64,000 bases of DNA from an uncultured virus (IMG/VR IMGVR_UViG_3300046387_001330) (lineage: Duplodnaviria > Heunggongvirae > Uroviricota > Caudoviricetes): the IMG/VR virus record IMGVR_UViG_3300046387_001330; one strand, given 5' to 3'. Under the pieces are notes generated by a model. That model did no database searches and was not told where the DNA came from. It saw only the letters and a program-made list of their open reading frames with translations. How positions within the stretch are numbered: position 1 is the first letter of the stretch; each line of letters opens with the position of its first letter. Shown here piece after piece: positions 9,777 to 20,053 of the stretch. The position numbers were made by a program, and so were the translations under genes.

Positions 9777-10175
9777 ATGATGGGATATAATTTAGAATTA
9801 GTACATTGTGGTAAACAATATTGGGAATTTGTTCGTGTATTACGAATGGACAAACGAGTCCTTGATGGTTTCATAGAAAAAGTTGAAATAACACCTGAAC
9901 AACAAATTGCTTATATGACCAAATACTCTGACTGCTTCAGAATTGCATTATCAGATAATGAACCTGTGGGATACTTTGGTGTCATAGAAGATGACATCAG
10001 AATATGTGTACATCCTGATTACCAGAAAAAAGGTATTGGTAAGTTTCTTGTAAATAGTTGCTTCGAGATTTGGCCAAATGCACTTGCAAAAATTAAGATA
10101 ACAAATCAATCAAGTCAGAAGTTATTTGAATCATGTGGGTATGTGCGGGAATATTTTCTATATAAGAAAAACTGA
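9777..10175 (+). CDS. GNAT N-acetyltransferase
   Basis: VHPDYQKKGIGK acetyl-CoA motif A, N..SQKLFESCGY motif B. Confidence 0.88.
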   Translation: MMGYNLELVHCGKQYWEFVRVLRMDKRVLDGFIEKVEITPEQQIAYMTKYSDCFRIALSDNEPVGYFGVIEDDIRICVHPDYQKKGIGKFLVNSCFEIWPNALAKIKITNQSSQKLFESCGYVREYFLYKKN

Positions 10176-10176
10176 A

Positions 10177-11163
10177 ATGAATAAAAAATATCACATAAAT
10201 ATTGTAATTGATTGTAACTTTAACAAAACTTTTATAACTAAACGATATTCAATTCTTGAGCAAGTATTGATACTGGTTAGATCAATTAAAAAAAATTGGA
10301 AATTTTCGTATACCATAAATCTTGTGTATAACTCAGTAATAGACAATGATACATATGATAAATTAAAATTATTGGATATTGAATTGTACAATGTTCCTGT
10401 AGTTTTCAAAACCAGTAAGTTTGAGTTGTCACGATCATTGGCATATACACTTGATTTAAATGTCCAAGGTACTCATAGACTTGTGTTAGATTGTGATATG
10501 GTTGCGGTAAATGATATTTCATCTGTAATTGATGATCTAATTGAATATGATATAAGTGCGATGTATGAATATGGAACTAACACAAGTAATACGCAGGAAG
10601 AATATGATGCGTGTGTAGAGTATATTTGTGATACTATGAATTATGATAAACCAAGAAAGCAATTTTGTGTAAGTGAAAGATGCTTTGCAAACGACTATCA
10701 CCTTACAAATATAGAATTGTCGTGTCCTTTATTTAATCCAATATCTTTAATAAAAGAAGATATTGCAAAAAAGTTTGGTAGTTGTTATGAAAAATTGTGG
10801 ATTGAATTGTTTGAAGAAAAAAATCATAGGAATTCTGTACATTTGCTACAACTTGGAATGTCAATTGCGATGCAACACGTATCTCAAAATATGGGAGTCT
10901 TCATAGGTGGAATGAATATGCTACCTAATCTTTTAGTGTATGATAAATTTAAAAATTTTGAAAATGTATATCTTTTACATTGTTGTAATGCCTCATATAA
11001 TTACATAAAATACTTGTCCGACGCATACCTTACTGAAGATGAATTTCTTGGGTATGAGTTCTATTACAAAAAGATGATACCACTACACCCGCTGATGAAA
11101 CGAGAATTAAATAGACTTAAACATCATTACGAAAACTTGAACATAAAACCAAACAAGGGTTAA
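10177..11163 (+). CDS. Putative GT-A glycosyltransferase (GT8-like)
   Basis: LVRSIKK, HRLVLDCDMV (DxD). Start ATG 10177. Confidence 0.5.
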   Translation: MNKKYHINIVIDCNFNKTFITKRYSILEQVLILVRSIKKNWKFSYTINLVYNSVIDNDTYDKLKLLDIELYNVPVVFKTSKFELSRSLAYTLDLNVQGTHRLVLDCDMVAVNDISSVIDDLIEYDISAMYEYGTNTSNTQEEYDACVEYICDTMNYDKPRKQFCVSERCFANDYHLTNIELSCPLFNPISLIKEDIAKKFGSCYEKLWIELFEEKNHRNSVHLLQLGMSIAMQHVSQNMGVFIGGMNMLPNLLVYDKFKNFENVYLLHCCNASYNYIKYLSDAYLTEDEFLGYEFYYKKMIPLHPLMKRELNRLKHHYENLNIKPNKG

Positions 11164-11170
11164 AATTAGA

Positions 11171-11935
11171 ATGACCAAGATATTAACATTGAAATCAGGT
11201 TCGCAATGTGGGAATGAACTTAGCCTTGAATATAAAAACGAATGGAGACAAAAGTTTAAAAATTTCAAAGAAAACAATCAAGATTTCTTTTCAAATGAGA
11301 ACTTGAATATCGATGATTTAGCTGAAAAGATTACTAGATGTGAACCTTTTAGTTTTTGTAGATTTTCTGATGGTGAATATCTTCTTATGCAACCGAAATA
11401 TAGATTTGTGAGTCTTGACGGAGTTTTAATTCCAGGCAAACCAACAAAGTTGGGTGATGAACTTAAGAAAATTATTTCATATAGAGATGTTGATTTTAAA
11501 TTAGGTCTTGTTTTATTACACTTAGAAAATTTACCAAATATGTTTTTTGACATTTACGAAATGCTGGGAGACTACATTGGATATGAAGAAATCCTTTGGC
11601 CAACGACTGCAATTCGTCCACGCAATAAGTGGTGTGAAGTTTTAAACGAAACCAAAAAAGATGTAGTACTCGTTGCTAATGAAAACACAGATGTCAATAA
11701 TTTATATGTAAATATAAAAGAGTTTTTTCCAATACCGACTCAAGGTATAGATTATTACGAGAATAATTCTGAAAAATTTAAAACAGAAATTCAAAACATT
11801 GCAGTAGATAATTCAAACTCTATATTTATAATAAGTGCCGGTATGCTTGCAAATGTAGTATGTTATGAGGGATGGAAAGTAAATAAAAGTAATTGGTACA
11901 TTGATATAGGTTCGGGTATACATAAATTAGGATGA
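11171..11935 (+). CDS. GT-D fold (DUF1792-like) glycosyltransferase
   Basis: FSFCRFSDGE, IISAGMLANV, YIDIGS. Confidence 0.7.
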   Translation: MTKILTLKSGSQCGNELSLEYKNEWRQKFKNFKENNQDFFSNENLNIDDLAEKITRCEPFSFCRFSDGEYLLMQPKYRFVSLDGVLIPGKPTKLGDELKKIISYRDVDFKLGLVLLHLENLPNMFFDIYEMLGDYIGYEEILWPTTAIRPRNKWCEVLNETKKDVVLVANENTDVNNLYVNIKEFFPIPTQGIDYYENNSEKFKTEIQNIAVDNSNSIFIISAGMLANVVCYEGWKVNKSNWYIDIGSGIHKLG

Positions 11936-11962
11936 AAAAAAGTTACAAAGGGAGAAATTAAA

Positions 11963-12589
11963 ATGAAACACAACCCATTTAAAATAGTAAGAATGTTTGA
12001 AGAAGAAATTGCAGAGTACGCAGGTTCCAAATACGCAGTATCAGTTGATAGTTGCACCAACGCATTGTTTTTGTGTTGCAAGTATTTGGATGCAAAAGAA
12101 GTGACGATTCCTTGTAAAACATATTTGTCAGTTCCTATGAGTATAATACACTCTGGTGCTAAAGTTGTTTTTGATAAAACTCCAAGCACAAATCATTGGA
12201 ATGGAGTTTATCAACTTAAACCATATCCGGTATACGATTCCGCAAAAAGATTAACTTCAAATATGTACATTAAAGATAGTTTCATGTGTTTGTCTTTTCA
12301 CATTAAAAAGCAACTTCCAATTGGAAAAGGAGGAATGATTTTGACGGATGATGCAGATGCAGTTGAATGGTTCAAGAAAGCAAGATACGAAGGAAGAAGT
12401 GAAGTTTATTACAAAGAAGATAATGTAAAGACTTTGGGTTGGAATATGTACATGACACCACAACAAGCATCAATCGGATTAGCATTATTTCAAAATTATC
12501 CTGAACACAATGCCGATTTAGAAGAAAAAAATGGTTACAGAGATTTAACTGAGTTTGATGTATTCAAGGATTGTAAAACAATAGAGTAA
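11963..12589 (+). CDS. DegT/DnrJ/EryC1/StrS-family PLP aminotransferase, short form
   Basis: FEEEIAEY.GSKYAVSVDSCTNAL, YDSA, SFHIKKQLPIGKGGMILTDD, GWNMYM. Confidence 0.85.
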   Translation: MKHNPFKIVRMFEEEIAEYAGSKYAVSVDSCTNALFLCCKYLDAKEVTIPCKTYLSVPMSIIHSGAKVVFDKTPSTNHWNGVYQLKPYPVYDSAKRLTSNMYIKDSFMCLSFHIKKQLPIGKGGMILTDDADAVEWFKKARYEGRSEVYYKEDNVKTLGWNMYMTPQQASIGLALFQNYPEHNADLEEKNGYRDLTEFDVFKDCKTIE

Positions 12590-12668
12590 AAAAAAAATTA
12601 ATTTTCCGTTTAGAGAAATTGTAACAAATGTACATCAAACAATATAATAACTAATATTTGTATACTTT

Positions 12669-13391
12669 ATGAAAATAGCATTTATATCATCACTTTTTGG
12701 TGATCGTAATAATTATCCATCTTATTTTAGAAGAGTGGATGCATATGATTACTTTTTATTTAGTGACAGAGAACAAGAAGATTTTAAAACATCGTGGGAC
12801 GTAATTAATATCTCGGACAACCCTAACATTGTCAATCTTGATTGTAATGTAAAAAAATCAAGGTATGCAAAATTCTTGGGATATGAATTATTAGATTCTA
12901 TGAATATAAAATATGATTGTATATATTATTGCGATGCTCACTACTCACCTGCCTTGGTTGACTGGATTCATAAATCTAGTAAATTTATATCAATGGATTT
13001 TAGTTTTGCACAGGACCAGCATTTTTTTAGACACATTAGACGAGGTGGGATTCGGGCAGAGTGTAAATCAATATTAAAATTTCGCAAAGAAAAAAAAGAA
13101 AATATAAATAAAACAATCAATTTTTATAAGAAAAATTATCCAGATATTAATTTATCTACACAACAATATTATGCAAACACTATGTTTGGTTATTATCCAA
13201 GTGATACTGTCAAAAAAGTAACACGTGATTTTTGGGAAATCTATACCAACTCAGAGGTAACATTTAGAGATCAACCCACATGGAATTTGGTATTGCTTAA
13301 ACATGGAGTTAATCCTGTGAGTAAATTAGGAGGGGCGTTAATGAAAAATTTTAATAAAACAGGTATTTACGGTAACCATAAATATGCTTAA
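12669..13391 (+). CDS. DUF616-like putative glycosyltransferase
   Basis: DYFLFSD, SRYAKF, YYCDA, FRDQPTWN. Paralogue of 17575..18387. Confidence 0.62.
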   Translation: MKIAFISSLFGDRNNYPSYFRRVDAYDYFLFSDREQEDFKTSWDVINISDNPNIVNLDCNVKKSRYAKFLGYELLDSMNIKYDCIYYCDAHYSPALVDWIHKSSKFISMDFSFAQDQHFFRHIRRGGIRAECKSILKFRKEKKENINKTINFYKKNYPDINLSTQQYYANTMFGYYPSDTVKKVTRDFWEIYTNSEVTFRDQPTWNLVLLKHGVNPVSKLGGALMKNFNKTGIYGNHKYA

Positions 13392-13419
13392 AAATATTGT
13401 ATATTAAATATATATAAGC

Positions 13420-14364
13420 ATGAAACATATAGTAACCGGTGGAGCAGGATTTATTGGAAGTAATTTAGTTGATAAATTAATATTAGATGGCCACGATGTC
13501 GTAGTAATTGATGATCTATCTCTTGGAAACAAAGATTATATAAACAAAAATGCCGAGTTTCATAATATTGATATATCTAGATTAGATCCAACTGTTGATC
13601 TAAAATTATATAATAAAACAAAAAAAATTTTTGAAAATGTTGATACTATATTTCATTTGGCTGCCCGCACACGAATTCAACCTAGCATTAAAGAACCACA
13701 TTCATTTAATCGTACAAATATAGGAGGTACATTAAATGTGTTGGATTTGGCAAGATTATGCAGTGTGCGAAGATTTGTTTTTAGTTCATCTTCATCTGTA
13801 TATGGTAATGTTACCGAGGACAATTTACCTACAAATGAAAATGCACCAAAAAATCCACTTAGTCCATATGGTTTACAAAAATTAGTCGGAGAACAATATT
13901 GTAAGTTATATTCTACTATACATAAAATTGATACTGTATGCCTTCGTTATTTTAGTGTATATGGAGAACGACAGCCAACCAAAGGAGATTATTCGTTGGT
14001 CATGGGAATTTTTGCTAATTTGAGATTACAGGATAAACCTCTTACGATAAATGGTGATGGAGAGCAAAGAAGAGATTTTACTTATGTAGGAGATGTAGTA
14101 TCTGCAAATATCAAAGCAAGTTCGTCTGATAAAGTTGGAAACGGAGAAGTTTTAAATGTTGGAAACGGAGATAATAGATCAGTCAATGATATTGCTGAGA
14201 TGATAGGTGGACCAACAATAAATTGTGCTCCGGTGATTGAACCAAGAGAAACTTTAGCAAATAACAGTAGAACTCAACGACTTTTAGATTGGAAACCTAC
14301 GATGAAATTAGAGGAATGGATGCCGGAATATATCAAAAGTATCGGAATCGTTGATGAAAAGTGA
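13420..14364 (+). CDS. NAD-dependent nucleotide-sugar epimerase/dehydratase (extended SDR)
   Basis: VTGGAGFIGS, FHLAA, SSSSVYG, YGLQK, LRYFSVYG, GDGEQRRDFTYV. Confidence 0.93.
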   Translation: MKHIVTGGAGFIGSNLVDKLILDGHDVVVIDDLSLGNKDYINKNAEFHNIDISRLDPTVDLKLYNKTKKIFENVDTIFHLAARTRIQPSIKEPHSFNRTNIGGTLNVLDLARLCSVRRFVFSSSSSVYGNVTEDNLPTNENAPKNPLSPYGLQKLVGEQYCKLYSTIHKIDTVCLRYFSVYGERQPTKGDYSLVMGIFANLRLQDKPLTINGDGEQRRDFTYVGDVVSANIKASSSDKVGNGEVLNVGNGDNRSVNDIAEMIGGPTINCAPVIEPRETLANNSRTQRLLDWKPTMKLEEWMPEYIKSIGIVDEK

Positions 14365-15056
14365 AAACGGTAACCCTAATAATAACATACTTTAATCAGA
14401 AAGACTTTTTAAAAAAAATCGTAACAGATTGGAAAATGTGGAGTGAAGAAGTGAGAAACTCTTTTCATTTTTGCATAGTGGATGATTGTAGTAAAATAAA
14501 AGCAACAGATGCTTTGTCAGATGTGCAGTTACATGATCTTGATATTGCTATATATCGTGTTTCCGAAGATAAACCTTGGAATCAACACGGTGCAGCCAAC
14601 TTAGGTATGAAAATGTGTCCTACCGAATATGCAATTATATTAGATATGGATACAGTCGTCACAGAAAAATTTGCAATTGATTTATTAAAATTAGCTAAAC
14701 TAGATGGAAAAAATATAGCATATAAATTCAAAAGAAAATTTTTAAATGGAAAAAAACACACCGCACATCCGAAAGTGTGCTTGCTAAATAAAAATTCTTT
14801 TTGGGAAGTTGATGGTTATGATGAAGATTTTTGTGGAAATTATGGACATGACGATGATCTATTTTGGTGGAAATGGAAGTTACATAAGAAGAAAATAGTT
14901 TTAAAAAAAGATATGTTTTTAATCATTGATACAGATGGTGATTCTGAATTTGAAGAAAGAAATTGCAGTATTAACGAAAAACTATATAATGAAAAGATAA
15001 GAACTAAAAGTTGGTCAAAAAATTGTATTAGATTCAATTCCGAAAGAGTATTATGA
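14361..15056 (+). CDS. GT2/GT7-like glycosyltransferase
   Basis: IVDDCS, PWNQHGAANLG, LDMD, VDGYDEDF.GNYGHDD. Confidence 0.78.
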   Translation: MKTVTLIITYFNQKDFLKKIVTDWKMWSEEVRNSFHFCIVDDCSKIKATDALSDVQLHDLDIAIYRVSEDKPWNQHGAANLGMKMCPTEYAIILDMDTVVTEKFAIDLLKLAKLDGKNIAYKFKRKFLNGKKHTAHPKVCLLNKNSFWEVDGYDEDFCGNYGHDDDLFWWKWKLHKKKIVLKKDMFLIIDTDGDSEFEERNCSINEKLYNEKIRTKSWSKNCIRFNSERVL

Positions 15057-16003
15057 ATGTCTATTTTATAGTAAAAAATAAAAAAGTAGGTTCGGCAATA
15101 ATGAGAGGACTTCAAATGTGCGAAGAACTAAACAAAATAGGAGTTTCTGCAAAGGTTTTAACACACCGTCACATTAACAATTGTATAAATAATTCAATTT
15201 TTATTTGGGTCAAAGAAATCAGTGAAAAGTTAATTTTAAAATCACCTAATAATTTTCACATATATGATGTGGTTGATGCATATTTGCCTAATAAAAAATA
15301 TATACAGGATTTGCTAAATAGGAATATTTTTAATGGGTTGATTGTAAATAATTTTTACATGAAAGCCGATATAGAAAAAACGACTGAATTTTCTGGAAAC
15401 ATATTTGTATTGCACCATCACTGGGATCCAAGATTAGAAACCGCAAAAAAAATAAACCAGTCTGAGCTAAAATTGGGATTTTTTGGTTCATTGGCATCAT
15501 TAAATCACACAGATAATTGCTTACATTATAAAGAACTTATGTCAGAGTTTTCTATTCAAATGTATGATTGCGAATCTGGTGTTTATGTTAAAAATTTAGG
15601 ATTTACTAATAGGTTTTTTAGACCACGAAGAAATTTGAATGCTATGAATAATTTGACTATAAATTTTAATTGTCATTTGAGTATACGAGAAAACAATACA
15701 GATGTTTCTAGATATAAAACTACTGCAAAAATAGCAACTGCATCTGCTCTTGGTCACAATATAATAACAACAAACGAAAAATCTGTGGTAGACGTTTTAG
15801 GTGAAGATTACCCATTTATTTTAAAAGATAGTGAATACGATACGGTGAAAGATATGATTGATCTAGTAAATAAAGATTATATTACTGACAAAACATTATG
15901 GCAATTTGGTTTGGTGAAAATGGAGCAAGTTAAAAATAAATTATCTATAAATTCAATCGCAAAGCAATATTTAAAATTATGTCAAAATCTAAAGTTAAAT
16001 TAA
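15053..16003 (+). CDS. Putative GT-B fold glycosyltransferase
   Basis: GSAIMRG, IYDVVD, LGFFGS, YKTTAKIATASALG; locus context. Confidence 0.45.
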   Translation: MNVYFIVKNKKVGSAIMRGLQMCEELNKIGVSAKVLTHRHINNCINNSIFIWVKEISEKLILKSPNNFHIYDVVDAYLPNKKYIQDLLNRNIFNGLIVNNFYMKADIEKTTEFSGNIFVLHHHWDPRLETAKKINQSELKLGFFGSLASLNHTDNCLHYKELMSEFSIQMYDCESGVYVKNLGFTNRFFRPRRNLNAMNNLTINFNCHLSIRENNTDVSRYKTTAKIATASALGHNIITTNEKSVVDVLGEDYPFILKDSEYDTVKDMIDLVNKDYITDKTLWQFGLVKMEQVKNKLSINSIAKQYLKLCQNLKLN

Positions 16004-16812
16004 TTGGATTAATGCTTACATATGAAAACCAAGAAGTACTTGATAGTTGGTTAAAATGTCATCATGTACTTTTTGACAGAATTTTCAACCTTGATGGTTC
16101 TTTAAAATATAAAAAAACTATAAAAAATATAATTAAAAAGTATGAAACTGTAGTAAACTATGATCAATCAGATTTTAAAATTAGTGAAGTAACAGATGGA
16201 TCATTGAGGGGTATTTTGTACGAAGAAATTAAGATGTATATTGAACAAGAAAACCTCAAACATGATAAAGAATATGATTATTGGATTTGTATTTGTCATC
16301 CTGACGAATTTTATATTGAGAATATTTTAGAACTTACAAATTATGCAAATGAATCGGAATTTACGATAATCACAGCTAAAAATTTGCACGTATGCCCTCT
16401 TACGAGTGAATACGATGCATGGAGTAAGTTTAAAAGTTTTAAGATTTTTAATCATTTTCTATATCCTGGATTTAGTGAAAAAAGAATTTTCAAGTTTGAT
16501 TCAAATGCTTTTTACAGACCAGAACGACACTCACGTGTCATACCGGTACGGTATTTGGAGAGAAACTGCGACAGGACTTTTAAAACACTACACTATAAAA
16601 TAATAAATCCAGGTAAACACTTAAAACTTGAAGCAAATTGGAGTGGTTTAGGTAGTCATTTTCCAGATAAGCATGAATTTACATCACCTAAATCTTTCTT
16701 TTTAGATAAACCGGCCGGAAAATATAAGTCTAACACTCTTATGTCAAAAAAAGAACTTTTAGTAAATAACGAATTCGTTTTAAAAGAATTGACTGTTGAG
16801 GGAACAATGTGA
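15979..16812 (+). CDS. GT2-like glycosyltransferase
   Basis: ENQEVLDSWL, LDGS, WICICHPDEF. Confidence 0.55.
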   Translation: MSKSKVKLIGLMLTYENQEVLDSWLKCHHVLFDRIFNLDGSLKYKKTIKNIIKKYETVVNYDQSDFKISEVTDGSLRGILYEEIKMYIEQENLKHDKEYDYWICICHPDEFYIENILELTNYANESEFTIITAKNLHVCPLTSEYDAWSKFKSFKIFNHFLYPGFSEKRIFKFDSNAFYRPERHSRVIPVRYLERNCDRTFKTLHYKIINPGKHLKLEANWSGLGSHFPDKHEFTSPKSFFLDKPAGKYKSNTLMSKKELLVNNEFVLKELTVEGTM

Positions 16813-17534
16813 ATTTAATTGTTTTATTTTTAAAATATGATGTAAGTAATTATCGTGACACATTTCAAATATTACTCGGTAATCTTTCTAATTTAGATTG
16901 TAATATTACATTTGTTGATATAGATAATAAATTTGAAAATAAAAAACCTTGTATAATTGGAGATGTGCATTTGATACCAGGATGCAACAAAAATTGGGAG
17001 TTTTCTGGATGGCAATCTGGAATAAATTATGTCAATGAAAATTTGGATTACGATTTAATTTTATTTGCAAACGATTCGTGTGTAAGGTCTGGTGAAAATT
17101 TAGTTGCAAAAAAAATAGACAATAAAATAATTGAGAAAATATACAATAATAATTATTTTTTTGGTAATACAAATAGCAATGGAAAACATAATTTTTTATT
17201 TGACGGAAAAAGTTTAAATAATTGGGTAAGAACCGATTCATTTATCTTGACCAAGCATTCACTTGAATGTGTTCAAAGAATTGACTTTTCATCTGAGATA
17301 AATATAGATAGTATGATTTTTGATGGCATGAATTTAGATGACTTTTTAGGTAATGAAAGATTAAACGAATTTGCAAAGAGTTTTTTAGTAAACTGGTTGA
17401 CAAAACGGTGGCATAAGAGATTTGATATAATAAAAAACATTGATTTGTTTAGAAATAAAACAAATGCTATTCTAAACGAAAGACTTTTAACTTACTATGT
17501 TAAAACAAATGGATTTCAGATTGTATCAAATTAA
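16809..17534 (+). CDS. Putative glycosyltransferase, RgpF-like N-terminal motifs
   Basis: N.NWEFSGWQSG...YDLILFANDS resembles rhamnan-synthesis protein F motifs. Confidence 0.4.
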   Translation: MNLIVLFLKYDVSNYRDTFQILLGNLSNLDCNITFVDIDNKFENKKPCIIGDVHLIPGCNKNWEFSGWQSGINYVNENLDYDLILFANDSCVRSGENLVAKKIDNKIIEKIYNNNYFFGNTNSNGKHNFLFDGKSLNNWVRTDSFILTKHSLECVQRIDFSSEINIDSMIFDGMNLDDFLGNERLNEFAKSFLVNWLTKRWHKRFDIIKNIDLFRNKTNAILNERLLTYYVKTNGFQIVSN

Positions 17535-17574
17535 ATAATTTCATAAGTAAATTAGAATTTGTATATTTATATTC

Positions 17575-18387
17575 GTGAAAATCTGTTTTATATCTACGGT
17601 TTTTGGTGATCCTACTACAATTGACAGACCTGCATCATTTAAAAGAATAGAGGGATGTGACCACTTCTTGTTCACGGATCATGATGCATCTTATTTTAGT
17701 AAAACATCATGGGACATTATCAATATAAAAGATAATAAAAATATAAGTGAGATAGAGTCTAATATATTAAAATCAAGATATCCTAAGTTTATGTCATGGG
17801 AATTGTTAGAATCTATGGGTAAAACTTATGATTATGTATTTTATTGCGATACTTGGACCTGGCCAAATATCAATATGGATTGGAATGACATTTGTAAAAA
17901 AATTTCTCAAAATAAGGAGTTCCCACTGGTACAATCTATGCATCCAAATCGTGTGGTTAGAAAGAATGGTATACGAGGGGAAGTTGGGTTGATTCTAAAA
18001 CTAAAAAGAGAAACAAAAGAGTCACTCGATAGAACATTATCATTCATGCAGTCAATTGCACCACAAGTTAATTTGAATGAATCTAATTATTTTTACGAGA
18101 ATACTTCATTTGGGTATGAGTTTAAAAGTAATATCGTAAGAAATTTTACCAAAGAATTTTGGAAAACATACACAACCGAGAACATCTCATTCAGAGATCA
18201 GCCACTATGGAACTTTATGCTTATGAAAAATAGAGTTAGACCATATAATTTACCATTGTTGAAATGGCAGTTTAAACCAAAACCACCTATTAAAAAAACA
18301 TGGATGTTTGGTAATTGTTACTTTTGCCATGACTACAATTTATTGAACGACACGACTCGTAAAAACTATAATAAAGGAAGCAAATGA
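17575..18387 (+). CDS. DUF616-like putative glycosyltransferase
   Basis: HFLFTD, SRYPKF, FYCD, FRDQPLWN. Confidence 0.62.
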   Translation: MKICFISTVFGDPTTIDRPASFKRIEGCDHFLFTDHDASYFSKTSWDIINIKDNKNISEIESNILKSRYPKFMSWELLESMGKTYDYVFYCDTWTWPNINMDWNDICKKISQNKEFPLVQSMHPNRVVRKNGIRGEVGLILKLKRETKESLDRTLSFMQSIAPQVNLNESNYFYENTSFGYEFKSNIVRNFTKEFWKTYTTENISFRDQPLWNFMLMKNRVRPYNLPLLKWQFKPKPPIKKTWMFGNCYFCHDYNLLNDTTRKNYNKGSK

Positions 18388-19016
18388 ATACATTTAGACG
18401 ATACAGAAAGGAATTTTTATCTAACACATCTCCAAGAACTAATATAATAAATTGGATAATAAGTAACAGAAACTACAAAAGATACTTAGAAATTGGTGTT
18501 TTTGATCCTAATAAAAATTTTAATAAAATTAAAATACCATTTAAAATAAGTGTTGATCCTGGCAAAGAAGGTTTATCTGAAGCAACCTATACACTAACAT
18601 CCGACGAGTTTTTTAAACAAAATACCGAGAAGTTTGATATAATATTTATAGATGGTTTGCATGAGTCCGAACAAGTATATATAGATATAATGAATTCATT
18701 GGATGCTCTTGAAGACGGAGGTACTATATTGACACATGATATGAATCCACAAAAAAAGAGAAGTCAAGTCGTCCCACAAGTGCCTGGACTTTGGAATGGG
18801 GATTGTTGGAAAGCATTTGTCAAAATAAGAACTGAATTTGATAATCTAAAAATGAATGTAATCGACCACGATTGGGGGGTAGGTGTAATCAGAAGAGGGC
18901 AACAAGAATTATTAAAAAATGTAAATTATACATACGAAGACTTTGATTTGAATAGAAATGAGTGGTTAAATTTAATTTCTTTTAAAAATTTCAAGAATGA
19001 GTTTTATGCAGAATGA
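18384..19016 (+). CDS. Class I SAM-dependent methyltransferase (Methyltransf_24-like)
   Basis: YLEIGV, SVDP, FDIIFIDGLH, GGTILTHD, WNGDCWKA. Confidence 0.85.
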   Translation: MNTFRRYRKEFLSNTSPRTNIINWIISNRNYKRYLEIGVFDPNKNFNKIKIPFKISVDPGKEGLSEATYTLTSDEFFKQNTEKFDIIFIDGLHESEQVYIDIMNSLDALEDGGTILTHDMNPQKKRSQVVPQVPGLWNGDCWKAFVKIRTEFDNLKMNVIDHDWGVGVIRRGQQELLKNVNYTYEDFDLNRNEWLNLISFKNFKNEFYAE

Positions 19017-19057
19017 TATTCATTCATGTACTTAAATAATAAAAGGTAAAAGAGTAA

Positions 19058-20050
19058 ATGCAAATCAACATAATAGGATGTGGGTTATCCGGAATAACTT
19101 CGGCAATTTTGCTAAAAGAGCAAGGACATGATGTTGAAATATTTGAAACACGTGAACACATTGGTGGAAACTGTTATGATGAAAAGCAAGATGGAATAAC
19201 GGTACACAAATATGGTTCTCATATTTTTCATACACCCGACAAAAAAGTTTGGGAATTTGTAAATCGTTATTCAAAGTTTAACGATTATACCCACAAAGTT
19301 CGTGCGAATACAAAACACGGACTTATATCAATTCCATATAACAAAAAAACAACTGAACAAATTGGCAAAGAGTTATCACCACAAGAAATACAAGATTTAA
19401 TATTCAAAGAATATTCAGAACGACATTGGGGTATAACTTGGGATAAATTGCCAACATCTATAATAAAACGAGTTCCAAACAAACGTGATAATTATGATGA
19501 ACGTTATTTTGCAGAGGATTATCAAGGTATTCCAGTAAACGGATATACTGTTATGATGAATAATATGCTTGATGGAATTAAGGTAAATGTAGGAGTCGGC
19601 AAAGAAGAATACAAAAATCTTAAATGTGACAAAATGATTTATACAGGAAAACCAGATGAATTTTTTGATTTTAGATTTGGTAAACTTCCGTATCGTTCGT
19701 TGCGGTTTGAACACTATAAAGCAAAACGGAATGAAAAATTTTCATACGAATTGGGTTCTGTAATAAACGAATGTAATACTAAACGTTACAATCGCACAGG
19801 AGATAACGGAGTGTTTTTAAACGAAACAAATTTAGAGCATACAATTTACACACGTGATTATCCAGAAGAACACGATGAAACGAATGATCCAATTTATCCA
19901 AAAAATTTTGGTGAAGGTCTTGAAAAATACAAATTATATAAAAAAGCAATTGATTCTGAAAAAAATGTCATGTTTTTGGGAAGACTTGCAAGTTACAAAT
20001 ATTTAGATATGTGGATGGCAATAAAACAAGTAATAGGAAATATAAAATGA
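19058..20050 (+). CDS. glf: UDP-galactopyranose mutase
   Basis: IIGCGLSG, HIGGNCYD, HKYGSHIFHT, YQGIP..GYT, LPYRSL, GRLASYKYLDM. Confidence 0.93.
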   Translation: MQINIIGCGLSGITSAILLKEQGHDVEIFETREHIGGNCYDEKQDGITVHKYGSHIFHTPDKKVWEFVNRYSKFNDYTHKVRANTKHGLISIPYNKKTTEQIGKELSPQEIQDLIFKEYSERHWGITWDKLPTSIIKRVPNKRDNYDERYFAEDYQGIPVNGYTVMMNNMLDGIKVNVGVGKEEYKNLKCDKMIYTGKPDEFFDFRFGKLPYRSLRFEHYKAKRNEKFSYELGSVINECNTKRYNRTGDNGVFLNETNLEHTIYTRDYPEEHDETNDPIYPKNFGEGLEKYKLYKKAIDSEKNVMFLGRLASYKYLDMWMAIKQVIGNIK

Positions 20051-20053
20051 AAA
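19985..20053 (+). repeat. 69-bp direct repeat, copy 1 (glf 3' end plus next start codon)
   Basis: Identical to 20661-20729 except for two A/G differences. Confidence 0.95.

Noticed and set aside
12588..12650. A10 tract and a possible gene-tail remnant after the DegT stop
   Set aside because: The tract starts within the stop codon, so slippage would not change the protein; the short frame after it has no recognisable source.
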